From contig JAPPLI010000130.1 of assembly GCA_028819495.1 (NCBI GenBank), positions 28,649-92,648 on the forward strand: a stretch of 64,000 bases of DNA, written 5' to 3'. Shown in pieces: positions 1 through 9,855 of this stretch. Positions within the stretch are counted from its first letter, which is position 1, and each line of letters starts with the position of its first letter. The notes beneath the pieces were generated by a model. That model had not been told where the DNA came from, made no database searches, and worked only from the letters and a program-made list of their open reading frames with translations. The translations under genes and the position numbers were made by a program. Origin of the DNA: Gammaproteobacteria bacterium. GTDB lineage: Bacteria > Pseudomonadota > Gammaproteobacteria > Eutrophobiales > Eutrophobiaceae.

Positions 1-162
1 TTCAAAATTGTGCAGCATTACCAGCCCGCGAATAAACAGGGCATGGGCTTCGGGGTCGCCGCTGGTATGGAAATCGGTGGACCCGTACTGCTGAGCGGCA
101 GTTTGGGCAGCGAGTAACGGCATGATAATTAGCAGTATCACCAAGTATCGTTTTATTGACAT
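1..162 (-). CDS. Partial CDS (N-terminal 54 codons, continues past window start): exported protein of unknown function
   Basis: Not in the ORF track because it is open at the window edge. The minus-strand ATG at 160-162 gives MSIKRYLVILLIIMPLLAAQTAAQQYGSTDFHTSGDPEAHALFIRGLVMLHNFE. It has a basic n-region, a hydrophobic core and an AxA-like site, so a signal peptide. Family not recognised. Confidence 0.4.
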   Translation of the reverse strand, partial: MSIKRYLVILLIIMPLLAAQTAAQQYGSTDFHTSGDPEAHALFIRGLVMLHNFE

Positions 163-176
163 GTCACTCTCCCAAT

Positions 177-737
177 CTAATCCACCAGCAGGTCGCAGAT
201 TTCGCTCAGGTCCTGTTTCCCCTGCCTGATTTCCTCAATGCTCAGACCGGCCAGTTCATGGGGAAACACCAGCCACTTATCGGTCTCGTGTATGAAATAA
301 TCAGGCACGATGCCGGTCTTGTTGTTCCCGGGCTTGTACCAGGGACAGGCGATCTTGTAGTTGACGGGCATATTGCGCCGGGTCTTGTCCTCCAGTTCTT
401 CCAGTACCGCCTTGATGCTCCTGCCGGAATCGAACACGTCATCGACAATGAGCAGGGCATCCTCGGCATTAACGTTTTCGATAATATAATGCAGGCCGTG
501 CACGCGGATGGTGTCAGACTGATCAGCGATGCCGTTATACGAAGAGGTACGGATGGCAATATGGTCCGTTTCCACCCCGCGGAATTCAAAATATTCCTGC
601 ACGGCAATACCCACCGGCGAACCGCCGCGCCAGATGCCCACGATAAAATGGGGACGAAAACCGCTGGCGTAAATCGCTGCGGCCAGCCGGAATGAATCTT
701 CCAGCAATTCCCGGGAACGGATGTAAAGTTTCTCCAT
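177..737 (-). CDS. Purine phosphoribosyltransferase family protein (Gpt/Hpt-like)
   Basis: PRPP-binding motif LLIVDDVFDSGRSIKAV, and GIWRGGSPVG resembling the Gpt SRGG loop. Start chosen at MEKLY (ATG 735-737), 1 nt after the allantoicase stop; the ORF-track start at 788 would overlap alc. Confidence 0.75.
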   Translation of the reverse strand: MEKLYIRSRELLEDSFRLAAAIYASGFRPHFIVGIWRGGSPVGIAVQEYFEFRGVETDHIAIRTSSYNGIADQSDTIRVHGLHYIIENVNAEDALLIVDDVFDSGRSIKAVLEELEDKTRRNMPVNYKIACPWYKPGNNKTGIVPDYFIHETDKWLVFPHELAGLSIEEIRQGKQDLSEICDLLVD

Positions 738-738
738 G

Positions 739-1809
739 TTACCCGGTGTATTTATAGCCGAAAACGCGGAAACGGCTGATGCCGCCATCAGGGTGCATGT
801 TGATCCTGATATGGGTGACCGGTCCTATGTCCTGCAGTTCTTTGCGCAACAGGTGCTCCCTGTCCGGCCCCATTTTGTGTTCAGGCAGGAGTGTACGCCA
901 AGTGGCGCTGTCCTTGAGCAGCGCATCGGGGTCCTGCTCCAGTATCAGGCCCAGCACGTCGTGCCAGGCGACTTCTTCCAGCGTGGGCGCATCCTTGGTG
1001 AACCCGGACAGGTACAGGGCATCCAGGCTGACCCGGTCCGGATAATTGCCCTTGAAAAAGGCGGTATCAATATTAATGCGTTCGACTGTCCCGGCATGGC
1101 CTAGTTGCAGGATGAGCCAGTCATGGCCGGCTTCACGCCGGCGCCGGGTTTCCCAGCCGTCTCCCATGTTGATGCCGCGGCCGGGCATGTTGATATTGCC
1201 CATGGCGCCGAAATGTTCGTCGTTGCAGGCCAGCGTCCGGCCGCCGTTCTCTACTGCAGCCAGGTCGATCAACTGCTTGCCGGTTACATCGGACCAGTCG
1301 CGGTAAACGTTGCCATATATGCGCAGGCGCGCCACGCCGCCGTCCGGATATATGTTCAGACGGGCATGGGTCCAGATATTCGTGTCGTCGGAATCGAAAA
1401 GGTTATGTGAATCACCTTCCAGGCTGGACTTGGGGATGATCTCCGTCCACTGGGTATTTTCATCGGGCGGGTTTCCCGAATAGCACGCTTCCAGCGATGC
1501 CTGCGCTGGATAGTTCCCGGTAAAATACCGGGTATCGATGTCCACGGCCTTGATGATGCCTGATACGCCTAACCGTACGATGCAGTAATCATGACCGCCC
1601 CTGCGCCTGCGCCGGGATTCCCAGCCGTCCATCCACTTGCCGTGCTCGGTAAACTTGCCGGGCATGTGAACGGGTTCCTCCGGTTTCAACAGGTTCTCCA
1701 TGGGCGCGAAGAAATCGTCAGTGCAATAAATCGCCCTGGTGCCCATGCGATTGTCGGCCAGGTCGACGAACGCGTGCCTTATGTCCAGCAGTCGGGGGTC
1801 TTCGCTCAT
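739..1809 (-). CDS. alc: Allantoicase (allantoate amidinohydrolase)
   Basis: 356 aa with two tandem allantoicase repeats (CTDDFFAP...GWESRRRR and CNDEHFG...GWETRRRR). Lies in a ureide-pathway neighbourhood. Confidence 0.9.
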   Translation of the reverse strand: MSEDPRLLDIRHAFVDLADNRMGTRAIYCTDDFFAPMENLLKPEEPVHMPGKFTEHGKWMDGWESRRRRRGGHDYCIVRLGVSGIIKAVDIDTRYFTGNYPAQASLEACYSGNPPDENTQWTEIIPKSSLEGDSHNLFDSDDTNIWTHARLNIYPDGGVARLRIYGNVYRDWSDVTGKQLIDLAAVENGGRTLACNDEHFGAMGNINMPGRGINMGDGWETRRRREAGHDWLILQLGHAGTVERINIDTAFFKGNYPDRVSLDALYLSGFTKDAPTLEEVAWHDVLGLILEQDPDALLKDSATWRTLLPEHKMGPDREHLLRKELQDIGPVTHIRINMHPDGGISRFRVFGYKYTG

Positions 1810-1946
1810 GCTTTATCTGTGAGATATATATTCGGATTTGTATTCAGGCGTCATTATAATGGTTTTTTCTCCGCTTGGCCTGTAGAGTAGCAGTACACAT
1901 TAAGAATTAAGAATTAGGAAGTAAGAATTCATAATTGAATTAAAGT

Positions 1947-2864
1947 ATGAGAGATACGGAGTACCCGCGTGATTTAATCGGCTACGGGGCAAATCCGCCC
2001 CATCCACAGTGGCCGAACGGCGCGCGCCTCGCCCTGCAGATAGTGCTCAACTACGAGGAAGGCGCGGAAAATTCCGTATTGCACGGCGATGCGGCATCGG
2101 AGACCTTTTTATCGGAGATCATCGGCGCCGAAGCGTACTCCGGAGTGCGTCACAAGAGTATGGAATCCCTGTACGAGTACGGCAGCCGGGCCGGTCTCTG
2201 GCGCCTGTTGCGTATCTTCCGCGAGCGCGACATCAGGGTCACCGTGTTCGGAGTGGCCATGGCCTTGCAGCGCAACCCCGAAGCCGTACGGGCCATGCTG
2301 GAAGACGGACACGAGATTGCAAGCCATGGCTGGCGCTGGACCAATTACCAGTTTGTGGACGAGGAGATCGAGCGCAGTCACATCAAACTGGCGGTGGATG
2401 CGATCACTGAGTTGACGGGCAGCCCGCCGCTGGGCTGGTACACCGGCCGCGACAGTCCGAATACCCGCCGGCTGGTCGTCGAACACGGCGGGTTCCTGTA
2501 TGACGCGGATTCCTACGCGGACGATTTGCCCTACTGGGAAGAGGTGGACGGCAAACCGCACCTGGTGGTGCCGTATACGCTGGATGCCAACGACATGCGT
2601 TTTGCCACCAGCCAGGGCTTCAACACCGGGGAGCAGTTTTTTACCTACCTCAGGGATACTTTCGACCTGCTCTACCGGGAAGGGGAGACGGCGCCGAAGA
2701 TGATGTCCGTCGGTCTGCACTGCCGCCTCATCGGCAGGCCGGGCAGGGCGGGCGCGCTGGAGCGTTTCCTGGACCATGTACGGCAGCACGACGGGGTCTG
2801 GATCTGCCGGCGTGTGGAGATAGCCAGGCATTGGTATGACACACACCCGTATACCGGAAAATAA
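1947..2864 (+). CDS. puuE: Allantoinase PuuE (polysaccharide deacetylase family)
   Basis: 305 aa. N-terminus YPRDLIGYG..PP.P.WP.GARLALQ.VLNYEEG is typical of PuuE. Divergent from alc. Confidence 0.85.
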   Translation: MRDTEYPRDLIGYGANPPHPQWPNGARLALQIVLNYEEGAENSVLHGDAASETFLSEIIGAEAYSGVRHKSMESLYEYGSRAGLWRLLRIFRERDIRVTVFGVAMALQRNPEAVRAMLEDGHEIASHGWRWTNYQFVDEEIERSHIKLAVDAITELTGSPPLGWYTGRDSPNTRRLVVEHGGFLYDADSYADDLPYWEEVDGKPHLVVPYTLDANDMRFATSQGFNTGEQFFTYLRDTFDLLYREGETAPKMMSVGLHCRLIGRPGRAGALERFLDHVRQHDGVWICRRVEIARHWYDTHPYTGK

Positions 2865-4008
2865 AAATAAGGCCCTGTTCGCCATCTTTGCGTGCGTGGC
2901 CATGTACGGCTTTACCCTGGGGCTGGGCCGGCCCCTGCTGGCCTTGATCCTGGAATCGCGGGACATTGACCGCAGCATCATCGGACTCAATGCCGCCATG
3001 CCTGCCATCGGCATATTCCTTTCCACCCCATTCATTCCGATGCTGGTGGAGAAACTGGGCATGCGCCGTTTCCTGGTGCTTGTCCTCATGCTGGACCTGG
3101 TGGTGTTGCTGCAATTTCCCCGTTTCGACCACCTGTATGCCTGGTTTTTCCTGGGCATCTTCCTGGGGGCGATGACCAACTGCCTGCTGGTGACCAGTGA
3201 AACCTGGATCAACGAAATCGTCGATGACGCCAACCGGGGCAGGTTGATGGGCCTGTATAACGCGCTGCTTGCCGCGACCATGGCCATGGGACCGCTGGTG
3301 ATCCCGGCGGTAGGCATACAGGGTTGGGCGCCGTTCCTGGTCGGCGCGTGCTTTATCGCGCTGGCCGCGCTGCCGTTGATATGGACGGGTCCGCACCGTT
3401 TGTCAACCCATGATCAGCCTTCGTTCAATATCATCAGCTTCCTGTGGGTGGCGCCGACCCTGGTTGCCGCGGTGCTGTTGTTTTCCCTGAAGGAAACGGC
3501 AGGCAATGCGTTGCTGCCGGTGTACGGGACGCGCAGCGGCATGAGCGAGGCGGGCGCCGCGATCATGCTCACCGTTATAGGCATTGGCGGGGTAACTCTG
3601 GCTTATCCCATGGGATGGCTGGCGGACAGGTTCAACCGCTACGGCCTGCTGGTATTTTGCGGCGTCTGCGGCCTGGCCGGCGCCATCCTGCTGCCTTATG
3701 CCATGGAATCCCGTTGGTTGCTGTACCCCTTGCTGTTCGGCTGGGGCGGCGTTTTTGCCGGCATGTACACCGCGGTACTGACCATCATCGGCCAGCATTT
3801 CCGCGGCAGGGACCTGGTGACGGCAAATGTTTCCCTCGGTATGCTCTGGGGTGTGGGCAGCCTGATCTGGCCGCCTGTAACCGGCGTAGCCATGGATATC
3901 CGCGACCCCGGCGGCTTCCCCCTGGTGTTTATTGCGGCCGCCCTGGTGTTTGTCCTATTCGCCTCGGGCAGGTGGCTGTTGAGCAAGGATAAATCCACGG
4001 TATTGTAA
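2836..4008 (+). CDS. MFS transporter
   Basis: 390 aa with about 12 hydrophobic segments and an MFS-like loop (GRLMGLYNA). Overlaps the puuE 3' end by 29 nt. Confidence 0.8.
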   Translation: MTHTRIPENKNKALFAIFACVAMYGFTLGLGRPLLALILESRDIDRSIIGLNAAMPAIGIFLSTPFIPMLVEKLGMRRFLVLVLMLDLVVLLQFPRFDHLYAWFFLGIFLGAMTNCLLVTSETWINEIVDDANRGRLMGLYNALLAATMAMGPLVIPAVGIQGWAPFLVGACFIALAALPLIWTGPHRLSTHDQPSFNIISFLWVAPTLVAAVLLFSLKETAGNALLPVYGTRSGMSEAGAAIMLTVIGIGGVTLAYPMGWLADRFNRYGLLVFCGVCGLAGAILLPYAMESRWLLYPLLFGWGGVFAGMYTAVLTIIGQHFRGRDLVTANVSLGMLWGVGSLIWPPVTGVAMDIRDPGGFPLVFIAAALVFVLFASGRWLLSKDKSTVL

Positions 4009-4020
4009 ACCCGTAAACCA

Positions 4021-4062
4021 GGGGTCAGAGTAAGAAATTCGAAGAATTTTTACTCTGACCCC
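4021..4062. repeat. Type-1 palindromic repeat (GGGGTCAGAGTAA...TTACTCTGACCCC)
   Basis: ggggtcagagtaagaaattcgaagaatttttactctgacccc, identical to the copy at 4633-4674. Confidence 0.9.
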
Positions 4063-4103
4063 ATAAATCCTGGACTTGCATAACATCTGAAGAACAAAAA
4101 GTC

Positions 4104-4613
4104 ATGACCAGTCGATATAAACCCGATGAGATCAACAACATGGACCGCCAAGCCTTCCTCGCCGCCTTCGGCGCGGTATTCGAAGCGTCCCCCTGGGCAG
4201 CCGAGGCAGCCTGGCAGTCCCGCCCGTTCAGGAACACGGCGCACGTGGCCGAAGCGCTGTTCGAAGCCGTCCGCAGCGCAGGCCCGGAGCGGCAACTGGC
4301 CCTGTTGCAGGCACATCCGGAACTGGGCGCCAGGAAGCCCCTGGCGGCATTCTCCGCACGCGAACAGGCCGGCGCCGGCCTGCAACGGGAGCAGGACGAC
4401 CAAAGTGCCCTGCTGACGGACCTGAACCGGCGCTACCGGGAGAAATTCGGTTTCCCGTTCATCCTGGCCGTGAAAGGCATTAACCCGGATAAAATAATCA
4501 CGCGATTCCGCGAGCGCCTGGAAAACGACCCGGAACACGAGTTCAACGAATGCCTGGAGCAGGTCTTCCGCATCGCCGCCTACCGTCTCGAAGACTTATT
4601 GGGATCAGAGTAA
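4104..4613 (+). CDS. uraD: 2-oxo-4-hydroxy-4-carboxy-5-ureidoimidazoline (OHCU) decarboxylase
   Basis: 169 aa. FEASPWAAE...LLQAHPELG...YREKFGFPFILAVKG match OHCU decarboxylase motifs. The last codons GSE-stop lie in a degenerate type-1 repeat half-site (4601-4619). Confidence 0.85.
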   Translation: MTSRYKPDEINNMDRQAFLAAFGAVFEASPWAAEAAWQSRPFRNTAHVAEALFEAVRSAGPERQLALLQAHPELGARKPLAAFSAREQAGAGLQREQDDQSALLTDLNRRYREKFGFPFILAVKGINPDKIITRFRERLENDPEHEFNECLEQVFRIAAYRLEDLLGSE

Positions 4614-4632
4614 AAATTTCAGCCGTCAACTC

Positions 4633-4674
4633 GGGGTCAGAGTAAGAAATTCGAAGAATTTTTACTCTGACCCC
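4633..4674. repeat. Type-1 palindromic repeat
   Basis: Identical 42-bp copy of 4021-4062. Marks the left edge of the AT-rich accessory block. Confidence 0.9.
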
Positions 4675-4687
4675 ATATATCCACATA

Positions 4688-5305
4688 TCACCCTTTAGTC
4701 ATCCGTTGCCCCTGTAAGTCATAAGCGCACCCGATTATACTTGTCGCGGATTCAAACAGGTCGTTTCCCGATAAGCCGGTCGACTTCAACAGGCGCTGTT
4801 CAAACGCTTCATTGGTTTCAATGCTCCCGTCCCCCCGGATATGCAGGATGGAAGCGACGCGCTGTCGCAGGTGGCGACAAATCAGAATCGTTCTGTGACA
4901 TGTCAGTGGGTCTTCCTCTGCGCACAGCAGGGCAGGCCTGGCTTGACTGGACTTGTCGATTATCCGGTCCAGCGCATCCGCAAACTCCGGTCTGGCAGCG
5001 ATCAAATCATATGATACTTTTCCATTGATGTAGCAATCGGGATCCGGGCTTTTGGCGCCCAGTTCCTTTCCGGAAAAGACGTAATCGATTCCCTTATTCC
5101 TTAACCTCTCGGCAAGCGCCTTCTGACGGAACTGCGGATTTCGCCTACTGTATGGAATGGAACGGACATCAAATACCAGAGAAACAGAAGCCTCTTTCAG
5201 TAACTTGACAAAGTGTTCGATGGGATGCCTGGAATGCCCTACGGTATACAGGACTTTTTCGTTATCGGCCTTTTGCAGGTTTGGCATCACGGAATTTACA
5301 GGCAA
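4688..5305 (-). CDS. DUF488 family protein
   Basis: LYTVGHS...FDVRS.P.SRRNPQF...LLCAEEDPLTCHR is the DUF488 signature as I remember it. The start may instead be the second Met (MPNLQK). Confidence 0.65.
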   Translation of the reverse strand: MPVNSVMPNLQKADNEKVLYTVGHSRHPIEHFVKLLKEASVSLVFDVRSIPYSRRNPQFRQKALAERLRNKGIDYVFSGKELGAKSPDPDCYINGKVSYDLIAARPEFADALDRIIDKSSQARPALLCAEEDPLTCHRTILICRHLRQRVASILHIRGDGSIETNEAFEQRLLKSTGLSGNDLFESATSIIGCAYDLQGQRMTKG

Positions 5306-5501
5306 TATCTAATGTTATAATTATCAGTCACAATGGTATCAAAGCTACAGGAATTGTTCATATTGTCGTAACAAGCATTTGTGTTTCAGTCAGTTTCGTC
5401 GCGAATAGGTAATTCAAAAAATATTTTCTGAAATCATCCAGAAAATTTAATGAAGCCTGCCCACGTATTCGACAATAATAAGCGCAGACAAAATATATCG
5501 T

Positions 5502-8270
5502 ATGACAAAGGCTAATCAGACACCGGAACAGGCGGCTCGGGACAATATCGACAATGTGCTGACTCTAGCAGGTTGGTCTGTTCAGGATAAAAAGAAGATT
5601 AACTTCGCTGCAGGACTGGGAATCGCGGTTCGCGAATACGATACTGATGTAGGCCCTGCAGATTACGTTCTGTTTGTTGATAAGGTTGCAGTTGGAGTCA
5701 TAGAAGCTAAACCCGAAAGCTACGGCTACAAACTGACACAGGTCGAAGGTCAATCAGGGGGCTACGCAGCCGCCAAGCTCAAGTGGGTCAACAACGAACA
5801 ACCTCTTCCGTTTGTTTACGAAAGTACAGGTATCATCACCAGGTTCACCAACGGCAGAGATCCTGCGCCCCGTTCTCGTGAGATTTTTAACTTTCCTCGT
5901 CCGGAAACGATGCGGGAATGGTTGTCCAAGCCTGCGTCGTTACGTTCTCGGGTGCAAACCATTCCTCCACTTCTGCACGCAGGTTTACGAGAGTGCCAGA
6001 TTACTGCCATTGAGAACCTGGAGGCATCGTTCAAGAATGATCACCCGCGCGCCCTAATTCAGATGGCCACAGGATCTGGCAAGACCTATGCAGCCATTAC
6101 ATCGGTTTATCGACTTCTGAAACACGCTGATGCCAAACGCGTTCTCTTTCTGGTAGATACCAAGAACCTGGGGGAACAGGCAGAGCAGGAATTCATGGCT
6201 TTTGTGCCGAACGACGGTAACCGTAAATTTACCGAACTCTACAATGTGCAACGTCTTAAATCGTCATTCGTCGCAAAAGACATCCAGGTTTGTATCAGCA
6301 CAATTCAGCGAATGTATTCGCTTCTGAAAGACGAAGACCTTGATGAGTTCGCCGAAGAAACCAATCCCGCGGAAGGCATACTGCAACTGAAAGAACCGGT
6401 CCCAGTTGCCTATAATCCGAGGATCCCGCCGGAGTTTTTCGATTTCATCATAATTGATGAATGTCATCGTTCCATTTATAACCTGTGGCGGCAAGTGCTT
6501 GAGTATTTTGATGCTTACCTGATCGGCCTGACGGCTACACCCGATAATCGAACATACGGGTTCTTCCGTAAGAATGTCGTCAGCGAGTACGACCATGAAA
6601 AAGCAGTCGCAGATGGTGTGAATGTCGGCAACGAGGTGTACGTTATTGAAACCGAACGCACCCGGCAAGGAGGTAAGCTCAGTATCGGTCAGTTGGTTGA
6701 ACGGCGGGAAAAATTATCGCGCGCCCGGCGCTGGGAGCGCCAGGACGAAGATGAGACATATACTGCTAAACAACTCGACCGCGATATCGTCAATCCCGAC
6801 CAGATTCGTACGGTCATTCGTACTTTTTGCGAGAAGTTGCCGGAGATATTTCCTGGTCGTGGGGAAATCCCGAAAACCCTCATCTTTGCCAAGACCGACA
6901 GCCACGCGGACGACATCATCCAGACAGTGCGTGAAGAATTCGGACAAGGCAATGAGTTTTGCAAGAAGGTAACTTATGGCTCAAAAGAGGATCCGAAGTC
7001 TGTTCTTGCTCAGTTTCGTAATGACTACAACCCGCGTATTACCGTGACGGTTGACATGATTGCTACCGGAACGGACGTAAGGCCACTCGAATGTCTCCTG
7101 TTCATGCGCGACGTGAAAAGTCGCAACTATTTCGAGCAGATGAAAGGACGCGGCACACGAACATTGGATCATGACGAGCTAAAAAAGGTTTCACCGTCTG
7201 CAACAAGCGCAAAGACGCACTACGTAATCGTTGATGCTGTTGGCGTGACCAAGTCCTTGAAAACGTCAAGCCAGCCTTTAGTTACCAAACACTCCATGTC
7301 ACTCAGGGATCTGGCAACCAGTGTCATGATGGGCGTCCGTGACGAAAATTATGTAAGTTCCCTTGCCGGACGCTTGGCCCGTCTTAATAAACAACTTGAT
7401 GAAAAGGAACAGAACCGGATAAAGGAGAAAGCTGGCGGTGTGTATCTCAAGGATATTGTACGCAGCCTGCTTGATGCCATCGACCCAGATAATATCCAGA
7501 TAAAGGTAGATGAACTTGAAAGCCTGCCGGCAATTGCAGAACCGGGAAAAGATATGCACCGGTTGGCTCAAGATAAGTTGGTTAGCGAAGCCGCCAGCAT
7601 TTTTAATGGCGAACTGATAAGCCTGCTCGATGGCATTCGGCGCGAGAAAGAACAGACCATCGATCACGAAGGTATTGATACCGTACTTGACACTGGATGG
7701 GCTGGCGATTCTAAAGAAAATGCAAAGCAGATGGTCCAGGATTTTAAGGAGTATCTGGAAGCCAACCGGGACCAGATTGAAGCACTTACCATCTTCTATA
7801 GCCAGCCTCATCGACGAAGCGAACTGACCTATACGATGATCCGGGAACTGCTGGATAAGCTGAAAGATGATAAGCCGCTACTGTCTCCGCTTCGGGTCTG
7901 GCGTGCCTATGCACTGCTGGATGAGTATAAGGGGAATGATCCAGTGACAGAATTGACTGCTCTTGTTGCATTAATCAGGCGAGTTTGTGGGATAGACAAG
8001 ACGCTCATGCCGTATGCGGATACGGTAAGGAAAAACTTCCAGGACTGGATTATGAAGCACCATAGTGGCAGTGGTGAGAAATTCAACGAAGAGCAAATGG
8101 ACTGGTTACGGATGATGCGCGAACACGTCATCACATCTTTTCATATTGAACGTGATGATTTTGAGATGGCGCCATTTGATGCCCGGGGTGGCCTGGGGCG
8201 TATGTATCAGCTTTTTGGAGATCAGATGGATGCTGTAATTCATGAATTGAATGATGCACTGGCGGCGTAG
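5502..8270 (+). CDS. hsdR: Type I restriction enzyme R subunit
   Basis: 922 aa. N-terminal nuclease-like PADYVLF...GVIEAKPES; SF2 motifs QMATGSGKT and IIIDECHRS; C-terminal GGLGRMYQLFG tail as in EcoEI/EcoAI-type R subunits. Confidence 0.9.
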   Translation: MTKANQTPEQAARDNIDNVLTLAGWSVQDKKKINFAAGLGIAVREYDTDVGPADYVLFVDKVAVGVIEAKPESYGYKLTQVEGQSGGYAAAKLKWVNNEQPLPFVYESTGIITRFTNGRDPAPRSREIFNFPRPETMREWLSKPASLRSRVQTIPPLLHAGLRECQITAIENLEASFKNDHPRALIQMATGSGKTYAAITSVYRLLKHADAKRVLFLVDTKNLGEQAEQEFMAFVPNDGNRKFTELYNVQRLKSSFVAKDIQVCISTIQRMYSLLKDEDLDEFAEETNPAEGILQLKEPVPVAYNPRIPPEFFDFIIIDECHRSIYNLWRQVLEYFDAYLIGLTATPDNRTYGFFRKNVVSEYDHEKAVADGVNVGNEVYVIETERTRQGGKLSIGQLVERREKLSRARRWERQDEDETYTAKQLDRDIVNPDQIRTVIRTFCEKLPEIFPGRGEIPKTLIFAKTDSHADDIIQTVREEFGQGNEFCKKVTYGSKEDPKSVLAQFRNDYNPRITVTVDMIATGTDVRPLECLLFMRDVKSRNYFEQMKGRGTRTLDHDELKKVSPSATSAKTHYVIVDAVGVTKSLKTSSQPLVTKHSMSLRDLATSVMMGVRDENYVSSLAGRLARLNKQLDEKEQNRIKEKAGGVYLKDIVRSLLDAIDPDNIQIKVDELESLPAIAEPGKDMHRLAQDKLVSEAASIFNGELISLLDGIRREKEQTIDHEGIDTVLDTGWAGDSKENAKQMVQDFKEYLEANRDQIEALTIFYSQPHRRSELTYTMIRELLDKLKDDKPLLSPLRVWRAYALLDEYKGNDPVTELTALVALIRRVCGIDKTLMPYADTVRKNFQDWIMKHHSGSGEKFNEEQMDWLRMMREHVITSFHIERDDFEMAPFDARGGLGRMYQLFGDQMDAVIHELNDALAA

Positions 8271-8271
8271 C

Positions 8272-9855
8272 ATGTATGAGAGATCATCCCAACAAATACC
8301 AAAGGGCTGGATAGAAACAACGTTAAATGAAATTGCGTTGTGGGGTTCAGGAGGTACGCCCTCTCGTAAGAATAATAAATTCTACAGGGGTTCTATTCCT
8401 TGGGTTAAGACAGGCGAACTCGGACCAAAATATATACGGTCTGCGCAAGAATATATAACACAAGAAGGTATTCAAAGATCTAGCGCCAAAGTCTTTCCAA
8501 AGGGTTCGGTCGGTATAGCAATGTATGGTGCTACAATTGGAAAGCTATCGATTTGGGGTGCTGATCTCTCAACAAATCAAGCGTGTGCTGTTGCTCAACC
8601 TTGTCTGGAAATACTTAGCTCTGAATTTCTATATTATTTTTTGTTGTCACAAAGGTATGCCTTGATTGAGGCAGGAAAAGGAGGGGCTCAACCGAACATT
8701 TCTCAAGGGCTTTTGAAGGATTGGCCGATTTGTCTACCACCTATTGACGAACAATGTCGGATCGTAGATAAGATAGAAGAACTTTTTTCCGAGTTGGACA
8801 AAGGCATTGAAAGCCTCAAAACTGCCCGTGGACAGCTTAAGGTCTATCGCCAAGCTGTCCTGAAACACGCCTTCGAAGGCAAACTAACGGAGCAGTGGCG
8901 GGAAGAGAATAAGAACAAGCTGGAAACTCCTGAAAGACTACGCACTCGTATCAAAAAAGAGCGTGAGAAGCGTTATCAACAGCAACTTGATCAGTGGAAA
9001 ACTGCTGTCAAGACCTGGGAGGTGGAAGGCAAGAAAGGCAGAAAGCCAAGAAAACCGGGTTTACTTGAACAACCCGAGGTTATCACATCTAACGAAACTA
9101 AATCGCTGCCTAAAATACCCTCCGCTTGGTGCTTTGTCAGACTTTGTGAGATTACAGATATCGGTTCGGGAATGTCAGTTAATAACTCCAGAAAAATTGA
9201 TAATCCTATCAAGGTTCCATATCTTCGTGTAGCAAACGTCCAGAGAGGCTTTTTAGATCTCTCAGAAGTCAAACACATGACAATCGAAATGTCACAGCTA
9301 GATAGTATGGCACTAAAGCAATGGGACATTTTATTTAATGAAGGAGGAGATCGTGACAAGCTTGGTAGAGGCTGGATTTGGCAATCCAAAATTATGCCAT
9401 GCATAACACAAAATCATGTTTTTCGAGCCAGCCCATACTTTCCTTCAAAAGAGCACTCCACTCTAATTTCGCATTGGGGGAATACATTCGGTCAACGATA
9501 TTTTGAAGAGATGGGAAAACAAACGACTAATTTAGCGTCTATCAACAAGACTGTATTGAGCGAATTCCCTGTACCACTGATGTCCATAGATGAACAGGAA
9601 GAGATCTGTAAGCAGATTGATAGCATGATGACACTCATAAATGCCCAACTTGACGAAATATCTGCGGTATTGGAGAAGTCTACAACGTTGCGTCAAGCAA
9701 TATTACGAAGCGCTTTTTCAGGCAAACTTATCCCACAAGACCCAAATGACGAACCTGCTTCTATTCTGTTGGAACGGATAAGAGCAGAGAAAACCGAACA
9801 GGAAAAGACGCATGGGAAAAGTAGTAGGAGAAAAACCGGAGAAGTTATTGTATGA
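8272..9855 (+). CDS. hsdS: Type I R-M specificity subunit
   Basis: Two target-recognition domains, each followed by a conserved helix (LPPIDEQCRIVDKIEELFSELDKG and VPLMSIDEQEEICKQIDSMM...LRSAFSGKL). Start taken at the ATG at 8272, 1 nt after the hsdR TAG. Confidence 0.85.
   Translation: MYERSSQQIPKGWIETTLNEIALWGSGGTPSRKNNKFYRGSIPWVKTGELGPKYIRSAQEYITQEGIQRSSAKVFPKGSVGIAMYGATIGKLSIWGADLSTNQACAVAQPCLEILSSEFLYYFLLSQRYALIEAGKGGAQPNISQGLLKDWPICLPPIDEQCRIVDKIEELFSELDKGIESLKTARGQLKVYRQAVLKHAFEGKLTEQWREENKNKLETPERLRTRIKKEREKRYQQQLDQWKTAVKTWEVEGKKGRKPRKPGLLEQPEVITSNETKSLPKIPSAWCFVRLCEITDIGSGMSVNNSRKIDNPIKVPYLRVANVQRGFLDLSEVKHMTIEMSQLDSMALKQWDILFNEGGDRDKLGRGWIWQSKIMPCITQNHVFRASPYFPSKEHSTLISHWGNTFGQRYFEEMGKQTTNLASINKTVLSEFPVPLMSIDEQEEICKQIDSMMTLINAQLDEISAVLEKSTTLRQAILRSAFSGKLIPQDPNDEPASILLERIRAEKTEQEKTHGKSSRRKTGEVIV

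Noticed and set aside
2109-3317. Long ORFs antisense to, or out of frame with, recognised genes. Examples: 2109-3317 (-), 24632-25663 (-), 26904-28523 (-), 30268-31404 (-), 33482-34726 (-), 37315-38334 (+), 42301-43272 (+), 50680-51432 (-), 53670-54641 (-), 54708-55715 (-), 60877-61764 (+).
   Set aside because: They lie wholly inside GC-rich genes that have clear family motifs on the other strand or frame. They are Arg/Pro/Gly/Ala-rich with no recognisable motifs, which is typical of shadow ORFs in high-GC DNA.
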